The notes beneath the pieces were generated by a model. That model made no database searches. It had not been told where the DNA came from and saw nothing but the letters and a program-made list of their open reading frames with translations. A stretch of DNA of 63,688 nt, counting the filler, from Octopus bimaculoides (Eukaryota), in NCBI RefSeq assembly GCF_001194135.2. It is 8 parts of 6 records of this genome, joined end to end, with 100 filler letters (N's around TTAATTAATTAA, not from the genome) between each part and the next. Parts side by side here need not be neighbours in the genome. Positions count along the whole stretch, not along the records: positions 49,395 to 54,679 come from NC_068987.1; positions 54,780 to 60,126 come from NC_068989.1; positions 60,227 to 63,688 come from NC_068991.1; 5 more parts are not named here. The stretch is one strand, 5' to 3'. The stretch's first letter is position 1. The number at the start of each line of letters is the position of its first letter. Shown piece after piece: positions 51,164 to 63,688 of this stretch. Made by a program: the position numbers and the translations under genes.

Positions 51164-52714
51164 AATAAGTATCAGCAATACATTTGAAGATGAGGAAGAG
51201 AAGAAAGAGACGAAGGTTGCGGTGAAAGAAGGCGCGGGATGGTAATAAAAGAACTTTATGTCGACTCATTTACTCACTGTTCGATGTCAAGGCCAGGAAT
51301 ATTTATATTTCTCTTAATCATATTGACTTTATGCGGGTAAGCACAAGATTTATCTTGTGCTTACCTTAGCCCAGCTTCACATAAATCTCACTAAATCCTC
51401 TCAATAATATATTATGTAGTCTTGATTGCCAAAGACAATTAAAAAAAAAAATATCGGTAGGTTCTCAAATCCAATCTTTAAGCGATTATGCAAGTAAGTT
51501 TCCCCTCCCACTCTCTCTCACACACATGTGTGAATGCAAGTGCAAGCGCGCACGCACACACACACATACATACGTATGCATGTATACACACATACACATA
51601 CATACATACATACATTAATATATATATNNNNNNNNNNNNNNNNNNNNNNNNNNNNNNNNNNNNNNNNNNNNNNNNNNNNNNNNNNNNNNNNNNNNNNNNN
51701 NNNNNNNNNNNNNNNNNNNNNNNNNNNNNNNNNNNNNNNNNNNNNNNNNNNNNNNNNNNNNNNNNNNNNNNNNNNNNNNNNNNNNNNNNNNNNNNNNNNN
51801 NNNNNNNNNNNNNNNNNNNNNNNNNNNNNNNNNNNNNNNNNNNNNNNNNNNNNNNNNNNNNNNNNNNNNNNNNNNNNNNNNNNNNNNNNNNNNNNNNNNN
51901 NNNNNNNNNNNNNNNNNNNNNNNNNNNNNNNNNNNNNNNNNNNNNNNNNNNNNNNNNNNNNNNNNNNNNNNNNNNNNNNNNNNNNNNNNNNNNNNNNNNN
52001 NNNNNNNNNNNNNNNNNNNNNNNNNNNNNNNNNNNNNNNNNNNNNNNNNNNNNNNNNNNNNNNNNNNNNNNNNNNNNNNNNNNNNNNNNNNNNNNNNNNN
52101 NNNNNNNNNNNNNNNNNNNNNNNNNNNNNNNNNNNNNNNNNNNNNNNNNNNNNNNNNNNNNNNNNNNNNNNNNNNNNNNNNNNNNNNNNNNNNNNNNNNN
52201 NNNNNNNNNNNNNNNNNNNNNNNNNNNNNNNNNNNNNNNNNNNNNNNNNNNNNNNNNNNNNNNNNNNNNNNNNNNNNNNNNNNNNNNNNNNNNNNNNNNN
52301 NNNNNNNNNNNNNNNNNNNNNNNNNNNNNNNNNNNNNNNNNNNNNNNNNNNNNNNNNNNNNNNNNNNNNNNNNNNNNNNNNNNNNNNNNNNNNNNNNNNN
52401 NNNNNNNNNNNNNNNNNNNNNNNNNNNNNNNNNNNNNNNNNNNNNNNNNNNNNNNNNNNNNNNNNNNNNNNNNNNNNNNNNNNNNNNNNNNNNNNNNNNN
52501 NNNNNNNNNNNNNNNNNNNNNNNNNNNNNNNNNNNNNNNNNNNNNNNNNNNNNNNNNNNNNNNNNNNNNNNNNNNNNNNNNNNNNNNNNNNNNTAGTACT
52601 GCCCAAATGTCGAGATCATAAGAATTTCTGATAAGCAGCTGACGATAAGATGTCTACGTTTGTTTTGCATCTTTTGGGGTTTTATTTAATGTTCTCATAT
52701 CAGTGTCATCCTCT

Positions 52715-52990
52715 ATTGTGATCCAGAGCCAGACTGTAAGTCGAGAGTTCTACTGCGACGTTTTGAAGGGTTTCGGAGAGGACATTCGGCGAAAGGGACC
52801 GGATCTGAGGAGCGCGAAGAATTGGATCCTTCACGACGGTAATACACCCTGTCATCGAGCTCTCCTCACTCGTGAGTTTCTCGCCAAAAACAACATGGTA
52901 TCGCTTCCGCATCCGTCATATTCGCCAGATTTAGTACCTGCTAACTTCCATCTCTTCCCTGAAGATGAAAATGCAGCTCAAAGGTCGCCT
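52715..52990 (+). mobile_element. mariner transposase C-terminal fragment
   Basis: FYCDVLK...NWILHDGNTPCH...LPHPSYSPDLVPANFHLFP. Confidence 0.85.
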
Positions 52991-53237
52991 TCTGTTGTTT
53001 TGGACTGGTCTGAGTAGAGCTTTAGAATGCTTTGGAAGTTATTTGAGTTCGGGTTAAGCGCCTGTTGTCGACCAGCTTTTGTATCTAATGCTTTAATGTA
53101 AGTTGGAATTTCGTAAATTGTTTTACATATTTGTTTTAGTGGTTTCCTTGCATGTGTGTGTGTGTGTGTGTGTTTGTGTGTGCCTGCGTGCGTGCGTGTG
53201 CGTGTGCGAAAGAAAGAGACTAAAACTATGTTCTCAG

Positions 53238-53600
53238 AGCAACAGGTGCGCAGATTCTCATTCGTCAAGTGGCGGATCACATTATCGAGGAGACATTTAA
53301 CGTCCTAGACACAAGGTAAGTAACCAATACTTGGAAGTTACGATAACAACGTGATGTTTCCTCTTATGACATGACTGGAGATGATTTCTTTTTCGACGTT
53401 TCAATAAGGAACTGTGATGGAACTGACTTATCCGATCACTTAAGACTGTTTATTCATGATATCCTCGGAAATCGCACTTCCCATAGATCTGGAATGCATG
53501 GAGAGGACGCCTGTATACACTCATACAATATAAACAACTATAGCATGGACAAATTTGGAAAGGATTCAATAAATCTATTCAAGTACTTTGACTTAAGTAT
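53238..53600 (+). CDS. Candidate two-exon coding fragment (53238-53315 and 53409-~53600), product unknown
   Basis: ttctcag|...ACAAG|gtaagt, a 93-nt intron, then tttcaataag|G. The phases join in frame: ATGAQILIRQVADHIIEETFNVLDTRNCDGTDLSDHLRLFIHDILGNRTSHRS... Confidence 0.35.
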
Positions 53601-54623
53601 ACTTATTAACATTAATTTAATGATAGTAAACTGCATACATATCCCACTAATTTTAAAATCTAGAAAATATAGCCTTTAGAGAAATCAAATGAAAACAATA
53701 AATACATTCACTAAGTTAGGAACAGCTCTCTAAACATAATTAGAGCCATGTATCTAGAATAAGCAAAAGAGTCTGTGATCCATAATTGGACATGGACATT
53801 TGTAGCAGAGTTGCTCCTTATCATAACGATGTGCTAACTACAAATGGCTCCACTGAAAATATATGGAAAACTATCCACCAATAGCACATCATACTGGAAC
53901 AGAACCGGGATGATGAAAGTAATCTGGTTTAATCCGCCGTATTTCTAGAATTTAACCACGCCATAGGTTTGCAAATAAAATGTACACTGGTGTGCGTATG
54001 TGACTGTTAGGTGTGTGTGTGTGTGTGTATGTGCGTGCGTGTGTGTGTGCGCGTGTATGTGTGTGTGTGTGTGTGTGTGTAAATATATATGTAGTTCGTN
54101 NNNNNNNNNTGCTGCTAATGTAGTTAAGAATATACTACACTTCTAAGAACTGCATGAAGTTTGTTAGGGTCATAGCTTCTAAAGGATTGTGGTTCATTTT
54201 TAAGTTATTAGTCTTTTTTTATCAGCTACCAAATCTAAGGCCAGAGGACTGTGTACCCTTGATAATTTCCTCTGTATTAACATCATAGGTTTTATTAGTG
54301 TCTTGCCCCTTTAACTGGTAATTAACATCTTGATTTGGGGTTTTCTTCTACCCAGCCTCCTTTATAGACAATTACTTATACAAATCCTAAAATCTTGACA
54401 ATATTTATGACCATACCCAACGATAAACTGTCAACTCACTCCTACCCTCCATTCTAAACAGACACTTAAAACGGTCTACTGCATCACCTCTTGATATCCT
54501 GTTGCTTATTTTGATTTTATGAATATATATATATATATATATATATAATTATAATTAAGGATATCAAAAGATATATCTTCATGCTAGATACAGCAGTCAA
54601 AACCAGATTCTAAAACCGCATCA

Positions 54624-54658
<35 letters not shown>

Positions 54659-54879
54659 ATATATATATATATATATATANNNNNNNNNNNNNNNNNNNNN
54701 NNNNNNNNNNNNNNNNNNNNNNNTTAATTAATTAANNNNNNNNNNNNNNNNNNNNNNNNNNNNNNNNNNNNNNNNNNNNTATATATATATATACGTATAT
54801 ACACACACGAACACATACATGTATGTATATATATATATTAATTAAAGGACACATTAAAGTGTCCAGTACGTATATATAT

Positions 54880-56147
54880 TGGTTCGTTCGACACATAATG
54901 CATGAACTAAAAGTCGAAGGGGACGGGATAAACTACCTGCATCAACTTGCTATAAATGCAGGTAGTAATTTTACCATGTGCTTATTCTTAGTGCAAGTTT
55001 TGAAGAGTGCAGTTCGATTTTAACAGTTATTTTTCAAAGCTATAATGGAAGTGACAAAGGAGCATATTCGGCATATTTTGCTTAAAGATTTCAATAAAGG
55101 CAACAACGCAAAAGAATGTGGGAGGAATATTAATGCAGTGTATGGGGATTGGACAATAAGCGTAACCCAGTGTCAACAGTGGTTCTAGAAACTAAGAGCC
55201 GCAAACTACAGCCGAGAAGACGAGCCTCGTCCTGGAAGATCTGTAGAACTCGACGAGGACGTCCTGCAAACACTGGTGGGACACAATCCCATCGTAACTG
55301 TTGAGGAACTAGCAGAGAACCTTAGATTTGGTCATTCAACAGTTCATCGAGACCTGCATGCCATCGAAAAAGTCAGCAAATTTGGGTCAATTAGTTCCTC
55401 ACAAACTTTCCGAGTCTAATCGCACGCAAAGAGTGAATGTGTGCTCTTCTTTGCTGTCACGTCTCACGAATAAACCATTTTTGGACCGAATAGTGATTGA
55501 TGACGGGAAATGGGTTCTCTATAAAAATGTCAAGCGCTGATGTCAGTGGGTAGGGAAAGGAGAAACACCAGTACCCCAGGTTAAAGAAGATCTTTAACCA
55601 CGTAAAGTGTTGTTATCTCTCTGGTGGGATATGAAAGGTTTAGTCCACTTTGAACTTTTAAACCTAAACCAAACGATAGCAAAGGAGATCTACTGCGAGC
55701 AGCGTGAGCAGCTTAAGTTAGCACTAGAAGAAAAATGACCATCTCTTGTTTCAAGACGAAAGGTGTTCTTCCATCAGGATAATGCTCGGCCACATACAGC
55801 GAGGATGATATTCAAAAGGCTGGAGCAGTTTCAATGAGAAACGATGCCCCACTCACCAAATTCGCCGGACATTGCCCCATCTGATTATTATTTATTCCGC
55901 AGTCTTCAAAATCATTTGGACGGAAACAATATGAATTCTGTAGACGAGGTCAGAAGAGTACTAGAGGAGTATTTTTCGTCAAGACAAGTGAATTTTGGAA
56001 GAGTGGCCTTCCAAGTCTACTAGATAGATGGAAGAGCATTGTAGAAAACGAAGGTGAGTATGTTTTAGATTAAAAACAACTTTGTTTATCTTAATTTTGA
56101 AAAATAAAAGAAGTATACAAAATTGCATTATTTATGGGAGGGATGAT
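54880..56147 (+). mobile_element. Near full-length degenerate mariner, same family as 27488-28398
   Basis: EHIRHILL, GRSVELDED, LVPHKL, RIVIDDGKWVLY, WWDMKG, HQDNARPH, SPDIAPSDYYLF and a right TIR abutting the gap. Confidence 0.9.
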
Positions 56148-56599
56148 NNNNNNNNNNNNNNNNNNNNNNNNNNNNNNNNNNNNNNNNNNNNNNNNNNNNN
56201 NNNNNNNNNNNNNNNNNNNNNNNNNNNNNNNNNNNNNNNNNNNNNNNNNTATATATATATATATATGGAGCAATAAATAACAATGAGAAGTTGATCATTG
56301 GTATTAAAATGTCATAGTTTGATTGTTGTTCAGAACCATTTACAGCTGTTTCTGTTTATGAAATCGAAGTAAATTTGCATTTATCTCGCTCCATTTAACA
56401 AACATCGTCAGAATGAATTAGAGGAATATAAATAGAAGAAGGGAAATGAAAGGAAAAGGAAAAAGCAAAAGAAAAAGGAGAAAGTTCGTTAAGTCTTTAG
56501 GCTTACATTTTAGTGACGTTTTTGGTTCCACGTGTGTACATTTCTTCAATTAGATGAGTAGAGCAGTAAGTGGGGAAAGTGACTAGTTGACCGGCGGTG

Positions 56600-57900
56600 T
56601 TAGCCAAAGGAGTTATACCTGGTGGAGATATCCGGTATTGTTAATTGTAATATATAACGCTGTTAGTGACCGCTAGGTTAGTCCCTATGATAACAAATAA
56701 TGCCCTTGTTAAAAATTAAGGATGCTTTCTAAAGTTAGAACGACATAATGTATATATATATGGGCTACGTAAAGGAATAATAAAAAAGGTAAAGAGCAAA
56801 TAAAAAAATTTAAAAAATCAATAAAATATAACGTGTTATGTGAGTCGGCAATCTAGCTTTAATGTGAATATATTATCGAGGATTATATGCCCTGGTGTAT
56901 AACGTAGAATTTTAAATAGATAGTTTGGTTAATCGGGGTAATTTAATTTAAAATTATGTTGTGATGTTAAATTTATGCTCTGTGGTAAATGGGATAATTA
57001 GGGGTGGTATTAAGGTGTTAGGCAGGTCAGCTAGTAACCTGTAATGTGGGTATTTAGAGTATAAGAATTTATCTTTATGCAAACATGTTCTATTTTTTCT
57101 CGTCTCGTTTATTAAGTAATTCTGATGTGGCCATTAACATGAAGAATTTCTCATTTATGCATAAATTACAGCGATTATTATTAAGGTTATATGAAGATGT
57201 TTTGGCTAGGATACGCCATTCTAATCTATAATTAATGTTATTGTCCTTCAGTTTCCAGATGTAACTACTTAGTCCGGTAGAGTTTGCTTTACTTCTATTT
57301 CTGAAACTTGAACGATGGGAATTATATCTAAGTTTCATTTCATTTTTAGTTGCTCCAATATAAGCTTTCTTGTAATTATTAGAGAGTACATAGCATTACG
57401 TTTTTAGTGTAACATTTATTTAAGAATTCACAAGTATTTTTATGTCTGCAGCCACAGAAATTAGTAAGGTTATCTATGCCTATGGTATGTTGGGGGTGGG
57501 GTGTATTATTTATAAGGTGGTTGTTCGAATTTTTAGAGGGCGAGTTATTTGGGGGATCCCTTATTATATCAATCAGTTGGTTGTTGTGCTTTTTATTGTT
57601 ATTCTTCCTAGTATCATAGAAGGTGTCTAGCTTTTTATTGTTGATAGAAGCTATGATAGTAGCTAGGTTGTTAGGCTATATCCTACTCTAATTTTATTGC
57701 TAAAGATTTCTGAGTATTTGATATTCATATTGACGTGCTTATTTCTAAGTTTCATTATAAGACTTATTATTTATAAGTCTCATTATAGATTTAACTATAT
57801 TAGTTTTTTGTTGCATCGCGAAGGGGATTATTAGCTAGGACTATATATAGTGAAGTAATACACCAGTAGTGCCTACGAATACATTTGTCCCTTAGATGGT
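56600..57900 (-). mobile_element. Penelope-like element remnant (GIY-YIG C-terminus)
   Basis: KLRYNSHRSSFRN...TGLSSYIWKLKD...WRIL...RCNLCINEK...LLNKRDE (ORF 57090-57338). Confidence 0.85.
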
Positions 57901-58038
57901 TGCATAACCTCTAACTCATAATTTTCTCTCTCTCTCTATATATATATATTTATGTATAAACTTAAATTATAGTGAGTAAATTGTGGTTTAGAGTGACAAC
58001 TCTGTTCATAGCAAGTGGTATTTCAATACCTTCTGTAT

Positions 58039-58098
<60 letters not shown>

Positions 58099-58539
58099 NN
58101 NNNNNNNNNNNNNNNNNNNNNNNNNNNNNNNNNNNNNNNNNNNNNNNNNNNNNNNNNNNNNNNNNNNNNNNNNNNNNNNNNNNNNNNNNNNNNNNNNNNN
58201 NNNNNNNNNNNNNNNNNNNNNNNNNNNNNNNNNNNNNNNNNNNNNNNNNNNNNNNNNNNNNNNNNNNNNNNNNNNNNNNNNNNNNNNNNNNNNNNNNNNN
58301 NNNNNNNNNNNNNNNNNNNNNNNNNNNNNNNNNNNNNNNNNNNNNNNNNNNNNNNNNNNNNNNNNNNNNNNNNNNNNNNNNNNNNNNNNNNNNNNNNNNN
58401 NNNNNNNNNNNNNNNNNNNNNNNNNNNNNNNNNNNNNNNNNNNNNNNNNNNNNNNNNNNNNNNNNNNNNNNNNNNNNNNNNNNNNNNNNGTGATATGTGA
58501 TTTAGAAAATGTTTTTTTTTAATTTCAGATACAGGAAAT

Positions 58540-58770
58540 ATAGAAACGGATCGAAGTTTAGATATAACATCAAAGGAGAAGAAAGAAATTGTGAAACTAT
58601 TGGAGCAAGAGGATACAAAATTGTAATTTCTAAAAAGGTAAATAGCGATCACAGAACCAAAAAAAAAAAAACAGGTACAAAACATTGAGAGAGTAAGAAT
58701 AAGGAAGAAAACGGGTTTCAAGAACATCACAAATAGAGATAAGAGAAAGCTCAAAAGAATTATAGGTTAC
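58540..58770 (+). mobile_element. Tc1-like transposase N-terminal remnant
   Basis: DITSKEKKEIVKLLEQ...ISKKVNSDHRT...RIRKKTGFKNITNRDKRKLKRII. Confidence 0.6.
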
Positions 58771-60225
58771 ACTCAGCTGGTATACCGAAAAAAGGGGAGA
58801 AAGGCAGATTGATTGGGACTGGGGTTTGTTAATTATAAGAAGCAGCTGGGTTAATTCTAAGAAGCAGATATTTCTGTATTTGCTGTGGAAAGGTGAGCAA
58901 GTGGAAACAGCATATCTTGAAGATAGGCTAGTCTTTGCTTATTAGCTAAATGATTTAAAATGTGGTTTAATATCTTTGTGCGTGTTATGAACTATACCGT
59001 CCTTTGTATATGTGCGCGCGCACGCATGTGTATGTGTGTGCATGTATGAGTGCACGGGTTAAACGATTGTGAAGCGTACTCGCCTAGCAACAGGCGGAGA
59101 GCGGAATTTGTAAAGGCAGGATTCATATTTTTTGGTCAAAATAGACGTTAACGATTTTTAAACTTTCTTGAGCCATAATCGATAAGAAACATAGGCAGAG
59201 GGGTGTGGGGTGCAAGTAGAAAAAAATAAATGAAAGGAAAAGAAAAAGAAAAAGAAAGGAATTTTGTTGCGTTGCAAGATCAAAGAGTTAAACCATTTAA
59301 AATGGAAAAAGTTGGTTATTTTGAGATAAGTATGAACGACTTTCATGAAGTGAAGCTAATGAATATATATGCATAAACTAATGAACATACAACCATACGC
59401 ACACAACTCACACATCCACACACACACACACACACACACGCACGCACACATATACACAAAGACAGACGCATCTTACACATACAAACGAACATACTCATGC
59501 AAGAATAATACATATAAACACAAACACACACATGTACACACACAAACACACACTTGTACGTACACAAACAGACACATACACACACATACAAACGCACATT
59601 TGCACACATAGAAGCACACATATGCAAAGAGATATACACCCATGCAGAAGCAAACCTAAGTACACACTCATAAAAATGCACGCGCGCACACACATACACA
59701 AAGACACAAAAGTACATTCATACTCTCATACTTATATACAACCACCGATGGGTATTTGTCTTGAAACAGCGTCGCCATTTCTCGCCATTTCTCGACCAAA
59801 TTTCACAATGAGAAATTATGCATTGGACAAGAAAAGAGAAAAAACTTCGGGTTACCTGAGGAATAAAACGAGTAAGAGTCAAGAAAGGAAATATATAAAG
59901 ATCGAAAGTTCTGATACAATAGTAGAGTAGGAGGTTTAGATTGAGATACAGAACCTTTGTCAGTTTATCTCTGCTCTGCCTGTCCCTTCAATTTTTCTCT
60001 AATCACTCTCATTCACCCTTATCTTTATGGCTTATGGGATGTATGCATGTATGCATGCATGTATGCATGTATGCATGTATGTATGTATGTATGTATGTAT
60101 GTATATATATATATGTATATATGTATNNNNNNNNNNNNNNNNNNNNNNNNNNNNNNNNNNNNNNNNNNNNTTAATTAATTAANNNNNNNNNNNNNNNNNN
60201 NNNNNNNNNNNNNNNNNNNNNNNNN

Positions 60226-60660
60226 NATATGCATATATACGTACAGGTATGTACATACCTACGTCTACCTGTATATATAGGTGCATATCTGGGTACAGGG
60301 CATTGCAAACAAAACGTAGACAAGAAAATAATAATAACCAGAGTACAGAAAACACACAAGCCACATAGAGAACATTTTCCTTCATCAGCTACCCCCGTTT
60401 TAACACCGGCGTTTCGAAGAGTTGGGCAGGACGCATCGTTAAAACGGCTCTTCCCATGGACCGAAAATTAAATTTGTATACACAAATTAAACCTGTGCCA
60501 TGGAGGAATGTAGTGGCGGACAAAAAAGCAAAACAGGAAAACAAACGGAAAAGGCTCTGCGGCCAGACGTGAAAAATTATGTGTATATGAACGCTGTGCG
60601 GCACGAACTGAAAGTAGGGACGAAGTAAGTTCGCGTGTTTGCTCGGCGATAGCCAAGGGA
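60226..60660 (-). mobile_element. Dispersed element carrying a permuted hammerhead-like motif (copy D host)
   Basis: Colinear with 48870-49293. Confidence 0.75.
60382..60453 (-). ncRNA. Permuted hammerhead-like motif, copy D (best preserved)
   Basis: GAAGAG-CCGTTTTAAC-GAT-GCGTC-CTGCCC-AA-CTCTTC-GAAACGC-CGGT-GTTAAAACGG-GGGTAG-CTGATGA. Confidence 0.7.
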
Positions 60661-60764
60661 GAAAAGGATTAGTGACCGCAAGCATGTGACCAGGCAGGGT
60701 TAAGGAAGAGAGAAAGAGAGTGGTAGAGGGAGAAACAAAGGGAGGAAGTAGAAGAAAAGGTGAG

Positions 60765-60903
60765 CAGCGAGAGAAAGAGAGGAATATAGTAGTAACAGAA
60801 GGAAGAACGAGAGGGAAAAGAGAGAGATACAGTAGTAACAGAAGGAAGAACGCGAGGGGTAAAGAGAGATACGTAGTGGTAACAAAGGAAGAACGAGAGG
60901 GGG
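60765..60903. repeat. Three ~43-bp purine-rich minisatellite units
   Basis: agtagtaacagaaggaagaacg at ~60788 and ~60831, with a variant at ~60875. Confidence 0.85.
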
Positions 60904-62667
60904 AAAAAGTGATAGAGAAAAAGATAGAGTTGCGTCAGAAAATATACATATATATATGCATGCCAACTTCCTAATATGCTCGTATATATGTATGTACAAT
61001 TTAATGAAATAAATTATTCCCAATTTAAAAATCTCTTGTTTTATTAGGCATATTCAAATCTGAAACCACAAAATTATATGCTGCTTATGCTTGATCCGGA
61101 TGAATTTCCGCATTCTGAAGGGGCGTATCCGCATTGGATAAAGACACATATCACCGTAAGTATAATAGATATTTTTTAGTAAATGTATTTTTTTATGCAA
61201 GTGTGTGCATTCGTACATGCAACTGTGTCAATTTTAGCACCCAATAGGCATATATAATTCCACAAATTCGAACGCACCGCGCACACACATACAGACACTT
61301 GCACATATGCATACACGCAAAGATACATACACACGCACAGAGATGCACATGTTCATACACGCAAATACAAGCAAACACACACATACATACATACNNNNNN
61401 NNNNNNNNNNNNNNNNNNNNNNNNNNNNNNNNNNNNNNNNNNNNNNNNNNNNNNNNNNNNNNNNNNNNNNNNNNNNNNNNNNNNNNNNNNNNNNAAGGTA
61501 TCGAGAGATACAAAGCTTGTGCATAGGCACAATATAGAAAGCAATCTTATCAGTAATTTCGGGGAAGGTGGGGACCAAAAACGTAACAAATATTTAGCCA
61601 CATGTGGANNNNNNNNNNNNNNNNNNNNNNNNNNNNNNNNNNNNNNNNNNNNNNNNNNNNNNNNNNNNNNNNNNNNNNNNNNNNNNNNNNNNNNNNNNNN
61701 NNNNNNNNNNNNNNNNNNNNNNNNNNNNNNNNNNNNNNNNNNNNNNNNNNNNNNNNNNNNNNNNNNNNNNNNNNNNNNNNNNNNNNNNNNNNNNNNNNNN
61801 NNNNNNNNNNNNNNNNNNNNNNNNNNNNNNNNNNNNNNNNNNNNNNNNNNNNNNNNNNNNNNNNNNNNNNNNNNNNNNNNNNNNNNNNNNNNNNNNNNNN
61901 NNNNNNNNNNNNNNNNNNNNNNNNNNNNNNNNNNNNNNNNNNNNNNNNNNNNNNNNNNNNNNNNNNNNNNNNNNNNNNNNNNNNNNNNNNNNNNNNNNNN
62001 NNNNNNNNNNNNNNNNNNNNNNNNNNNNNNNNNNNNNNNNNNNNNNNNNNNNNNNNNNNNNNNNNNNNNNNNNNNNNNNNNNNNNNNNNNNNNNNNNNNN
62101 NNNNNNNNNNNNNNNNNNNNNNNNNNNNNNNNNNNNNNNNNNNNNNNNNNNNNNNNNNNNNNNNNNNNNNNNNNNNNNNNNNNNNNNNNNNNNNNNNNNN
62201 NNNNNNNNNNNNNNNNNNNNNNNNNNNNNNNNNNNNNNNNNNNNNNNNNNNNNNNNNNNNNNNNNNNNNNNNNNNNNNNNNNNNNNNNNNNNNNNNNNNN
62301 NNNNNNNNNNNNNNNNNNNNNNNNNNNNNNNNNNNNNNNNNNNNNNNNNNNNNNNNNNNNNNNNNNNNNNNNNNNNNNNNNNNNNNNNNNNNNNNNNNNN
62401 NNNNNNNNNNNNNNNNNNNNNNNNNNNNNNNNNNNNNNNNNNNNNNNNNNNNNNNNNNNNNNNNNNNNNNNNNNNNNNNNNNNNNNNNNNNNNNNNNNNN
62501 NNNNNNNNNNNNNNNNNNNNNNNNNNNNNNNNNNNNNNNNNNNNNNNNNNNNNNNNNNNNNNNNNNNNNNNNNNNNNNNNACTACGGAGGGATAGCAGAA
62601 AGCCACATTGATTTAACTAAGTCTATCGTTCGGCTTCCTATAAGGTTTATAAATATTCTTATGCTTC

Positions 62668-62870
62668 CAGGAACAGGAAATGTCAACCAAATACCTGACC
62701 CACAAAAGAGACAGAAATACAGGAAAAGCAGTAAAATGTGACAACCGATGCAGACTTTGAGAAGTCAATACCGAAGGTATCATCCACATCATAAGCAATT
62801 GTCCAAAACTGTCATCACGGTATTATCTACCGATCACACATGATGTTACAGTTAGGATATTATAAAATGA
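62668..62870 (+). mobile_element. R4/Dong-like RLE non-LTR retrotransposon remnant (CCHC knuckle plus RHD-like motif)
   Basis: QEQEMSTKY...CDNRCRL*EVNTEGIIHIISNCPKLSSRYYLPITHDVTVRIL. Confidence 0.7.
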
Positions 62871-63688
62871 AATCCTTGAGGACCAGGAAATAAGAATCCA
62901 CACTATAGCAGAAGCTTTCGGCTGAATGTTGGTGACAGCGGGAGAATAATAATATATGTCTTAGTCTGTTAATCCTTCCTCTATCCAAATCCTTTCCAAA
63001 GGTCTGTCTAAAACGTCCATGCTTGTCTTCAGAGTTTTAGCTAGCCCTTGTCTGACTCGCTCTGAGTAACATAAAGCTTTCTTGTCCTTAGTTCCAAGTT
63101 ACCCTGGTGACTGAAGATAATTAGGAATGTTTTATCCTATACAATGCATGGATGCCAGACAAATCAGTTCTGTGTAGTCCATGATACACAAGACAGGCAA
63201 ATGGGATTCTCTTTGCACAANNNNNNNNNNGTGTAGTCCATGATACACAAGACAGGCAAATGGGATTCTCTTTGCACAATTAGGCTGTTCTCTCTCTAAT
63301 GTCACGACACAATAAGTCCCTGAACAGCTATTTTGTGCTTAAATACTAAGTTGGTTTACACCAGTCATATATGCCTTCTCTTCTTTTGGTTCGTATCTCG
63401 CTTATACTTGTTTTAGACATTAGACGGTGGTCATACTGGAGCATCGCTTTGCTGTAGTAAACGAACAAAACTTCAGTACTTATTACAAGTCTAGTACATA
63501 CATATTCTTTCTGTCTCCTCTTTTGCTGTACCGTTACATCACAGGGACGGAAATAAACCGACAGCAACTGTCAAGTGTTGGGCGGGAAGGCAAACACAAA
63601 CACCCACACATGAACACTTTCGTGCGCCTGTGTGCAGTCGGGTGGGCGTGGTTATGGACGTGGGTATGGGCGTGCGTGTGTCACTATA

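Noticed and set aside
50102-51269. Long poly-T/A/S/L/V ORFs
   Set aside because: Produced by the (CTA)/(CTG) tract plus Ns; no coding support.
58770-58990. CR1/L2-like RT fragment on the minus strand
   Set aside because: Too decayed to support beyond a vague motif resemblance.
51488-62741. Very long ORFs in the track (51.5-52.7, 58.0-58.7 and 61.3-62.7 kb, and similar ones near 1, 10.3, 11.6, 26.2 and 40.1 kb)
   Set aside because: They stay open only because N codons are not stops, and the flanks are microsatellite translations.
63172-63279. 49-bp direct repeat either side of a 10-N gap
   Set aside because: An exact duplicate across a minimal gap indicates unmerged contig overlap.
1-63688. 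CRISPR arrays, rRNA genes, prokaryotic operons
   Set aside because: None seen; the sequence is eukaryotic, and the repeats are microsatellites, transposons or exon modules.

Overview
Gappy, AT-rich animal genomic DNA dense in microsatellites and mobile elements. The SINE, mariner, Penelope and RTE content suggests an octopod cephalopod (inference). Two things stand out. (1) A minus-strand gene at 48.3-29.5 kb built from 14 phase-1/phase-1 exons (twelve of 174 or 177 nt, one 351-nt double, one gap-truncated). They encode at least 15 helical ~58-aa modules in a strict A1-B1-A2-B2 higher-order register. One exon is a fused double module, one out-of-register copy is a pseudo-exon, and 8 of 13 donors overlap an in-frame stop (GGT TAG). 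The ORF track misses several of these exons. (2) Four copies (9.7, 10.1, 49.1, 60.4 kb) of a ~400-bp dispersed element carry all hammerhead ribozyme core segments (UH, GAAA, CUGAUGA) in a non-circularly permuted order, with compensatory base changes between copies. A canonical minimal type I hammerhead also sits beside a 154-bp hairpin at the end of a Penelope remnant. The rest is decayed piggyBac, mariner/Tc1, RTE, Penelope and R4-like elements, SINEs, microsatellites and assembly gaps.
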